DNA of 64,000 bases. Origin: Octopus sinensis (lineage: Eukaryota). The stretch spans positions 4,278,001 to 4,342,000 of the forward strand of contig NC_043012.1 of the NCBI RefSeq assembly GCF_006345805.1, in the 5' to 3' direction. Under the pieces are notes generated by a model. The model did not search any database. It had not been told where the DNA came from and was given only the letters and a program-made list of their open reading frames with translations. Below, in pieces: positions 54,501 to 64,000 of this stretch (position 1 is the stretch's first letter; each line of letters opens with the position of its first letter). The translations under genes were made by a program, and so were the position numbers.

Positions 54501-55875
54501 TCTTAACATTATCATCCACTTGATTACTTTTCCCGTGCCTTCATCTGATGGTAGCTAAGTCACGTGTGTGTCAAAAAAGAATTACAACAATCCCGATTGC
54601 TCTGTTTTGTTTCAATGCCAAAATATGTAGACATTGAAAGAGCTGGTGTCCAATTACGTAGTCCGGAAGTCCAAACAAACATACCACTAGCACATTTGAA
54701 CTCGTTATAACATTGCAGGAGTCCAATGTTTCATCGACCAAATTAAGTCGACTAATATTATTTATTACGTAAGGAGGAAGGACTGCAAGCTAGCAGAATC
54801 GTTAGCGAGTCGGACAAAATGCTTTTTTGCGTTCGGAGTTCAAATACCACCGAGGTCGACTTTGTCTTTCAGCCTTCGGTATTAATAAAATAGAGTACCA
54901 GAAGAACACTGGTCGACGTGATCGATTTACCCCCCCCCCCCCCCTTAAGATTTGAAACCATCAATTATGCATGGATTCGAGTTGGCGGAATCGTCAGGGA
55001 AAATGCCTTGAGGGTATTTCTGTACTTCAAGAAAGTCTCGACTAAGCCTCTTCTCTCAAAATTGCGAGCCTTGTATCGAAATTGTAAACAATTACGCAAG
55101 GAGATGTCGCAGAAATTACCTTGTACATCTTTCTTCTCAGGCTCTTTATGTTCGGTGTCCGAGCTTACCTTTGCTTTTTTTTTTTTTTTAAATCCCTCCC
55201 GCGCCAAATAAAATCAATAACCAGTCATTTATTCAACCAGCCCTCTCTCTCTGCGAATTTCCAGGTTTGCCATAAGACCAACGAAACACAAACATGCTAC
55301 CTATCATTTTACAATCATAGGTGCTGGGGGACGATGAAATAAAATAACTGAATATTGATTTAACCGTACACACCCCATCTCCTTACTATCATCATCTCAT
55401 CGCGACGACTTTCTGGTTTTCTACCAAAATGTACGGAAAAACAAAAATATCTCGTCTTTATTCTCCACCCGTAGTTGAATCATATTTAGCTTTTTTCATT
55501 CCATTATTTAGAGAGAAGATGTAGCTTCTTTGCTACCCCCCTCCCTTTCTCATATACACACACACATTCAATGTATTTATGTCGGTTTATTATCATTGTT
55601 CATCTGTTATCAGCGGTTAGCAGGTGTTTGTGTTTGTATATACAAGTCGCTGAGATAGGATTTCGTTTAATGTAAAGTAGCATCTGTGTGTGTGTGTGTG
55701 TGTGTATATATGTATATATGTGTGTGTGTGTGTATATATATGTGTGTGTGTATATATGTGTGTGTGTATATATGTGTGTGTGTGTGTATATATGTGAAAA
55801 GATCATATGTGTGTGTGTGTATATATGTGAAAAGATCCTATGTGTGTATATATATGTGTGTGTGTGGTGTGTGTA

Positions 55876-55935
<60 letters not shown>

Positions 55936-56249
55936 GTGTGTGTTTATTGTCTTACCGTCTTTTTTTATATAAAAATGATTAAACGTTAAACTGAAGGATC
56001 ACTTGATACTTTTTTGCTGAGTAACATTTTTTTTTAAAAGAGAAAACGATTGACAGTGATTTCGAATCAGTGAGCCGAGACTTCGAAGTCACCGTCGATC
56101 TTTTCCTTGTAAAATTTTACATGTACAGAATTTTATCATCTTCGTTTTATACATAAGATGTACTCCTCGCAGTTTTGGAACATTCGTACATTTATTTTGC
56201 CCAAGCTCAGGATTTCCTGCTACTTAGAAAACTGTACCACCGAATGAAA

Positions 56250-56266
56250 TAGTGTGTGTGTGTGTG

Positions 56267-56346
<80 letters not shown>

Positions 56347-56537
56347 ATCTATCTATCTATATATATATTTGTGTGTGTATATATGTGTGTGTGTGTGGTG
56401 TATCTATCTATCTATCTATATATATATATTATATGTGTGTGTGTATCTATCTATCTATCTATATATATATATGTGTGTGTGTGTATCTATCTATCTATCT
56501 ATATATATATATGTGTGTGTGTATCTATCTATCTATC

Positions 56538-56572
<35 letters not shown>

Positions 56573-56587
56573 ATCTATCTATCTATC

Positions 56588-56620
<33 letters not shown>

Positions 56621-56746
56621 ATCTATCTATCTATCTATATATATATATATATATTGTGTGTGTGTGTATCTATCTATCTATCTATATATATGTATTTGTG
56701 TGTGTGTGTATATATATATATTTGTGTATGTATATATATATATATT

Positions 56747-56777
<31 letters not shown>

Positions 56778-56900
56778 TTGTGTGTTTATATATATATATA
56801 TATATATATTTGTGTGTGTATATATATATGTATACACACACATACATACACACACACACACGTGTATGTATATATATATATATACACACATATAAATAAA
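56250..56900. repeat. Higher-order compound microsatellite [(TG)n-(TATC)n-(TA)n] units
   Basis: The tripartite block repeats about 8 times between 56340 and 56700. Confidence 0.92.
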
Positions 56901-58279
56901 GGCGGGGGCGAAAAAGGATTATTATTTCCATCTTCCTCTCAAGGGCATGTGACAACGACGACCAAAAATCGAAACTAGTTCTTGACTGGTCGTTGGCACT
57001 AGTACACACGCACCAATAATGGTGGATGTTGCATTCACCTACTTTCCGTTGTTTATTTCGTCAAATATGCAGTAATGTTTAAGTAATTCTTTTCTTATTC
57101 GTCCTCCTCTAATTCGATATCCATTATTTTTTTCTCCTCCAATTTATTCTCTCTCTCTCTCCCATTCCTCGTCCTAAGACTTTCATCTCATTGCTTTTCT
57201 TCATTCTCTTTCGTTTTTTTCTTTCCCGTTCATCACTGAACGTAAAGAGAGTTATCTGCTTTTTAATCCGAGGAAATTCTAATTATGATAAAGGCGAGCT
57301 GTCTTCTCATTAATAATGTTAAACCTCACCCTATCTAGTTCAAATCCAATCAGTCCAAATTCCACCGTGGTAGATGTACAAAACTACCAGTCATTTATTT
57401 TACAACCCTCTCCATTGTATTTACATTATGTAGTTTTAGTTCCTTTGCAGCTAGACTGAATAATGCTTTATATGAAATATTTTATTGAAGTATTTCACGA
57501 TTTTGTATTGGAATTTCGCGAGAGAGGTAACCCTGATTCGTGGTCGATGAAATATGAAATCGAGCTCTACGTCGACGTTTTAACCTACTGGAAATAGCAG
57601 CCAAGTCTTTCTAAAATCACATCTTACCGTCTTTAAGAAAGACATTGGATAATGCAGACATGGATGTGCTGTCTGACGGAATGGTCGCAGCTAGAATACC
57701 TTGATTATTTATTCTCGATGAAAGCTAACGAAGAATCGGCTACGCGATCGCTCGATCTGCTATTAATGACATTCGAATAAATCGCCTATTTGGTCCTGGC
57801 TGGATCGCCTTTAATCATAGGACTGTTTGATCAAGGATGACCTGGGGCTAAACGATAACACCTCATTAACAGTAACGGCTTCTAGATTTAATGTCGATTG
57901 TAAGCTAAATAGAATGCAAAAAAAGAAAAGGAAAAGAAGTCCTTTGCCCTATTTGTTCTATATCGCGTATAAGTACTTCTCAACTTCGCTGTGCTATTTT
58001 CTTTTCTCTTTAATTAAGCAAGATATGAATTATCTTGAGAGAGATAATTCAGTAAACTCATTTTATCTATCACAAACTGCAGTGGTATATTCTTCTTCTT
58101 CACTTGCTTACAAGCCTGTTTTTCTAAGCAATATAATAAACCAGTATTTTTTCTTCATCTCCAGTTGAAATATTCAGCATTTGCATTCCTTCCATTCTTT
58201 ATTCTTTTTCAGCTGATTTCGTTCAGCTGTTTTACTTGCCTGCCAGTAATGATGTTAGTGACTGTTGTGAAGTTATTGT

Positions 58280-58310
<31 letters not shown>

Positions 58311-59793
58311 CTGAAGACTTCGGAGGCAAGAAGTGAAATTTTATTCCCTCCTCTCACCGACAGGATAGACGTATACTTTTACATCATTTCATGGACTGTG
58401 GCAATTCTTGTTTGTCTATCTTTCTTTTGACTTTAGAGCGCCCTGAAATAAAGATTTAAAAAATGATAGACACACTTCGAATGTAAATCTATAATTTAGT
58501 ACACACACACACACGTACTTTGTTTTATTAATATTTGTTTGTGTATAATTTTCTGAAGATCTTGTATACCTACAGGTGTAACTCGGAGTAGCAAGAGACT
58601 GGCTCGACCAAAATAATGTGTGGTTGTCTGTGTGTTTCTAACGTAGGTGCAAGGTCTAAAGTTTGGCAGATGGATTAGTTGACACCGTCGACTTCAGTAC
58701 TCGTCTGGTTGACCTTGTCGGATTTCATTACAGCTCAGTCAGAACAAATATCTCAGAGCATTCTATCCGACATTCTGACAAATCTGTTGCCAGATTGCCA
58801 CCCTTATATATTCGGAGGAAATCCGTTGGCTGTTGATTCATTATGTGGATGAATAGATTTGATTCATAACACACCTCACTTCATTTTAGGTAGCATGTTA
58901 GCACTTGCTGCAAATTAAACGCAGAACAAGTTAGTTATGAGTTGAATGTTTGTATTCAGAATCTCCATGATCTGTAATACAAAACGAAAGCGACATAGCA
59001 GCCAATATCTAACACTGGATGAGGTCGACTTTGCCTTTCCTCTTTTTGGGGGTCAATTAAATAAGTACCGGTTATGCACTGGGGTCGATGTAATTGACTT
59101 AATCCCTTTGTCTGTCCTTGTTTGTCCTCTCTATGTTTATCCCCCTGTGGGCATTAAAGAAATAAATATCTAACACTGGATGTTTGCATACATTATGAAG
59201 AATGCATAATTTTACAGAAGAGGTTTCTAAAGTGAATTAAATTAATATAATTTTATAAACTTGGAATTTCTGGAAATGTTTGGATTGTTTTTCCTGTTGT
59301 ATACGTGGTAGAAGTAATATTGAAATGAGTCTAGCACATCTTTGAGTCATGTTTGGCTGACTTAAAAGTTGTAAATAAAAGATCCAGGCAATCTTGCAAC
59401 TATTTGTGAAACAAATGAACTGGAAAATAATAACTTATATTTAGGTATTTTTCTTTCACTTTCTATAACAAAAGTAATTCTAAATATTTTATTGAATGTA
59501 AAGTTGGAGTGCTTGTACCTCTCTTGGGGATGCAACACCATTTCAGGTTGCAACAAAGCTGGAAAGTATTTACTTTATTGAAATTGCTTTCCAGAAAAAA
59601 TGTATCCTGTTACACTAAGAAGTGGTACTCAGTACCAAAATGTTAGACTCAAGCCAAATGTAACAAATCATTATTAGAGTATCTGCATTAGTGGAATCAA
59701 AACTGGTTAGTTTGTACTGGCATTGAGTTGTATTAATTGTAATAATGAAATCAAACCAAATAGATATTTTGAAATTGTTTATTACATATGTTT

Positions 59794-59937
59794 CAGGTAT
59801 GCATGGTGTATAATAGGAAATGTATCCATTACGTAAACTTTTCTCAGTTAAATCATTTCAAAGCTATTTTTGAAATGCTTCAACTGAGAAAAGTTTACAT
59901 AATGGATACATTCCCTACTGTATTTCATGCAAACCTG
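59794..59937. repeat. 144-bp ungapped palindrome (MITE-like or hairpin RNA)
   Basis: Position i pairs with 119731-i across 70 bp; loop CTAT; mismatches are mostly transitions; ends CAGG...CCTG|TA. Confidence 0.92.
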
Positions 59938-62299
59938 TAATGTTTAAGCAATTCTTAATTACTTTATTCCTTTAATAATACTGAGAACTTTATTTTACAT
60001 TTGTCAATGAAAAATTCTAAAAGGATTATGATCAAGAACTGTGTCCTTGTTTCATTTGCAACAACATATTTGTTATGAGTGGATTCAGTTTTCTTGTCAG
60101 TTAAGACAAACTCAAAGAATCACCTCAATCTCACAGGTTCACCTGCAGATTGCATTCAGCAAGAAAGTTCCATGTTTTGATAGAATTATATCAAAAGTAG
60201 TAGAATGAGAAACAGGAATAAAGAAATCATTCAATTCTATGTTCAGAACTGTGATTGATTTCGGTGTTTATAGTTTTTTTTTGTTTTTTCTAATTGATCA
60301 AGTTACATTTTATGCTTTGCACGAAAAAGTTTAATTTTTGAGTTCAAATGATTCACCCATATTACGGCATGTGGATATGTTTTGTTAAATAAATTTATTA
60401 TTAGAAAACTGACTTTCTCATTTACATTCCTGGTATGCAAAGCATAGGCGTAGGAGTGGCTGTGTGGTAAGTAGCTTGCTTACAAACCACATAGTTCCGG
60501 GTTCAGTCCCACTGCGTGGCACCTTGGGCAAGTGCCTTCTACTATAGCCTTGGGCTGACCAAAGCCTTGTGAGTGGATTTGGTAAACGGAAACTGAAAGA
60601 AGCTCGTTGTATATATGTATGTGTGTGTGTATATGTTTGTGTGCCTGTATTTGTCCCCCCAACATTGCTTGACAACCAATGTTGGTGTGTTTACGTCCCC
60701 GTAATTTAGCGGTTCGGCAAAAGAGACCGATAAAATAAGTCCTGGGGTCGATTTGCTCGACTAAAGGCGGTGCTCCAGCATGGCCACAGTCAAATGACTG
60801 AAACAAGTAAAAGAGTAAAAAGAGTATTACTGTTGTTGAGGTGTGAAAATTTGCCAAACTTTTCCTAGAGGTGTTGTGACATAGAAAAGATTAAGAAGTG
60901 TGTAAATGATAGTTTTAGCTATCACTTAATTTTCATTTTATTTTTGAGGTCAAGGATGTTGAGATTACAAACATTTTGAGCAAAGTTACCAACATTAGAT
61001 GCACAATTTTTATGAGACATCAAAGTGGCATTGGAGAAAAGGGAAAGTTATGTATTATGGTGACCCACTCAGTGAATGAGTATGACCATTGCTTGCTAAC
61101 GAACTGCAGAAGGAAGATGAGATTTCATCCCAGCATATGATAATTACTAGCCTTTCTTGCAACTTCAACATAAATGTCTCTTCTCAGTTAAATACATTGC
61201 AGAATAATGACATTTAATACTGTGTACAGGCATGTCTCTTTCAGATTACCTATATAAAATGACCGTCGTCTTTTGGTTTCCTAACTTTGGTTGGCCTAGA
61301 GCTATAAAGTAGAAGAACCTTGGCCAAGGTGTTGGATGTCATTGTTAGTGGAAGTTGTAATCTGGAGACTCAAAGCAGCCAATATGAACAGACTTAGGAA
61401 ATCTGACTCAATTACAAATTGAACATCTGAAGTGGTTATTAAGGTTTATGAGGTTTCCTTCCTTGTGGATCATTTCATGTTTTGTATGTTGTCTGTGCTA
61501 CTTTTCAGAACATTTGGGACTTGGACTCATTGAATATTTTTTGGTTTTGGTTCCACTTTGTCCTTTCAACTGCGTTTAACCCCACCTCCTCGACTTTCCA
61601 CATGAATATCACCTTTTTGCATATCAGATTTTAGGCGGCCTTTGTATTGTTGTGCATGCATGTGTGTAGGTATGTACAAAGCTGATAATAACCGTTCCTG
61701 AACAGATGTGAAATGTAGGCTCCATTTCAAGTGACTTGTTGAGTATTTTAGTAATCAGTACTAACTAAATACATTGTATGATTTATGTTTGGGTTACTGA
61801 TATACATCCATGTACCTACAGGATGTGCCAACAATAAAGTAACATAACAATAAAAAAAGGCAATTTATAAGAAGTTTAATGTTCTACCACCGATTAGTAC
61901 ATCTGCCACCGCTCTGTTCTGGCCTAGATATGTGTGTGCAGGCATGCATGCCTATGTATTTTTTTTTAAAGCTATTTCCTTTATATGTTTGTGTATTTTG
62001 TCCTTTCTTTTTGTTAGAAAAAACATTTTAAATTTCAGTTTAAATCAGATATGTTTTCAGACATGAGAAAGTCATTATATTAAGCAACAGCCACCATTTT
62101 TACAGGCTTGATATGACAACGGCTTTGTGTGTTTTAAACTCTGGATCATTCCTGATCAAGCAGCTATTCCAGGTGTTAATATATGGATTGCCATCATAAA
62201 AAAAAAAGTGAAAGCAAATTTTCCTAGCAAAAAACAAGAAAAAAAATGAAAGTAAATTGTAATAGAGATTGGCAGTGATGATAGTGACACAACAGAATT

Positions 62300-62605
62300 T
62301 CATAAACCTGTTGGATATCCAATGGATGGGCTTCCTATATGGATCTCAGCAGCTTTTGTACTCATGAAGTTGTCTGCCGTTCACTCAATTTTATTGATCC
62401 AGATGATGACAGTATTCATACACAGGCTATAGATGGGTAATGAATGCTTGTCAAAATGCGACTTAGGTAACAGTGTGGGACTAGTGATGATTTATTTATG
62501 CCATGTCTTCATCAGCATGTGTATTGAAACAAATTAAAGATTTTGAAGATCTATTCATGAATCTCATTTCTGCATTGTTGACTGTATTTCCCCCTGCAAA
62601 TGTGA
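62300..62605 (+). mobile_element. Merlin (IS1016/ISXO2-like) DNA transposase remnant
   Basis: SNGWASYMDLSSFCTHEVVCRSLNFIDPDDDSIHTQAIDG**MLVKMRLR*QCGTSDDLF..DFEDLFMNLISALLTVFP parallels SD.W.AY..L..H..VNHS.NFVDP..G.HTQ.IE..W..K. Confidence 0.82.
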
Positions 62606-62779
62606 TTGTTTTCATCTTGTATAGAATACAGTTTTCATATTATATTAAATATATCTGTTATATACATAAGTTATGTAAATTACAAGATGTTTGTCTCTTC
62701 TGGTTTCTATTGCATTTTACTTTACGTGTTTTAGGACGATTTACTTTCACTTTTTTATGATGGTAAACTGTATTTCAAT

Positions 62780-63900
62780 GTGGTGTTATTTCTTTTCTTT
62801 TAAAATGGTAGGGTGTGATTTGAGGGCGGTTTCACTGTTATTTCTAGCATGTCAAGCAACTGAGTTGAGGCTTCCTTGTCTCATACATAGAAATGTAGTA
62901 TCCTAGGTCAACACTGGTTGATCAGTCTCATTACATGCTGGTAGTCGGCCAGATGATGGGGTGCTACTCATATATTCCCAGTTTGCCTAAATTTCCACTT
63001 AGCTCAAGACTATACTGTACATCATAGTCTCTCCATTACCCAGTCTGTTCCATTATGTCCATAGATTTTTGTGATGGCCACATTAAAAGTGGAAAACACA
63101 GACTGACAGTGTGTGATGGTTGCCATACCTCTGCACTTATTATTGGTGGTGTATTTCAGCACGTATTTAGTGCCAGTGACACTATTTCGTCTTTTAATTC
63201 ATGTTGTAGCTGTTTTTCGGATCTATGAGTTTCTCATGCTTGTCAGAGCTGAGTGGGAGAGAAAGTGTCTTTTTTATATCATGGTGTTGTATATCTCTTT
63301 GAGTATATGCAGCGACATGCACTGTAGAAGTGAGTGAAGCTTGGTACGGCTAAAAAACTGATGTTTGCATGTTCAGGTATCTTTTATTTTTAGTATTTTT
63401 ACTATGTTGGACTGCTGGGCTACAGGTTTGTTGTTGGTACAAGCTGTTAATGTTCCGGTTTTTTTTTGTTCTTTGTATTCATTATGGTTTGTTGTGGAGA
63501 TTAATGGTTAGAATTGAATATAATTTATAATTTGGATTGGTTGGTGTCTCGTGTTTCCAGAATTATTACATGGATGATGTGAGTGATGATGTAATCTTTT
63601 AGTTTCATAAAAGTGTTTTTAATGCCTTTTCTATTGAAGAATATTTAGATTTTTTGTCATGTTTTCATAGTTTATTTTTGTGAGTGAATTATAGTCCTGT
63701 GAAGTCATGATTTTTCTAGATTATCTGAAAAATGTTGTCAAGAGTTTGTGTTAGTGATATGAAGACTTTGTGGTGGTTCTAAAGCCCACTTCATGTAGAA
63801 TTATAATTTAGTTGTTCTCTGATGGCATTTGCACATGGCGTGGGAAGATTTTTATCATTTGACTAGCATTCTGGCAGTGTCTATTCCAATTATTTTTTTT
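62780..63900 (-). mobile_element. Highly degenerate Penelope-like RT remnant (tentative)
   Basis: Scattered weak matches only (IREQLNYNSTY; MRLINQC..ILHF) among many stops and frameshifts. Confidence 0.3.
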
Positions 63901-64000
63901 TTTGCATATCATATTCAGTATCAATTTATTCTACATATATTTAAACACTTTTAAAGCAGTAGGGAAATATTTGAGGGAGATATGGTCACAGTTTCTTGCA

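Noticed and set aside
54283-54519. Protein-like minus-strand ORF (DDNVKKVVQDNPK...)
   Set aside because: GTG start, an upstream in-frame stop, no compatible splice acceptor and no recognisable motif; merits only a BLAST check.
54918-55211. Overlapping +/- ORFs with two minus-strand AAG|GTAA donor-like sites
   Set aside because: Begins in a SINE on +, no coherent exon structure and no homology recognised.
58311-58350. CTGAAGA..GAAA hammerhead-like motif
   Set aside because: No G10.1-C11.1 closing pair and no stem III or cleavage triplet.

Overview
This is AT-rich eukaryotic genomic DNA, almost certainly octopus (coleoid cephalopod). I infer this from the SINE/RTE repeat families, the dense (TA)n/(TG)n/(TACA)n microsatellites and an 18S fragment with a hugely expanded V4 region; species cannot be fixed from sequence alone. 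Most of the window is intronic or intergenic repeat debris: three tRNA-headed SINE families, RTE, CR1 and CRE LINE remnants, Penelope-like ends, and mariner, Merlin, Helitron, hAT and piggyBac remnants. Nearly all ORFs in the supplied track are microsatellite or transposon artefacts. Bases ~1-45.7 kb look CpG-depleted and repeat-dense, like a methylated gene body, and contain several unassigned candidate micro-exons. A promoter-like element (NRF1 motif plus E-box) at ~46.3-46.4 kb marks a switch to a CpG-rich domain (~45.8-59 kb) holding a probable signal-peptide first exon (47559-47622, +). The best leads are an intact-looking Penelope-type hammerhead ribozyme (44444-44552) with two decayed relatives, two near-perfect hairpins with ~70-bp arms, a CpG-decayed 18S pseudogene, a LINE 3' end carrying three C2H2 zinc fingers, and the sharp CpG/TE-content boundary. 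No CRISPR or prokaryotic system is supported. All family assignments come from motif recall, not database searches, and repeat boundaries are approximate.
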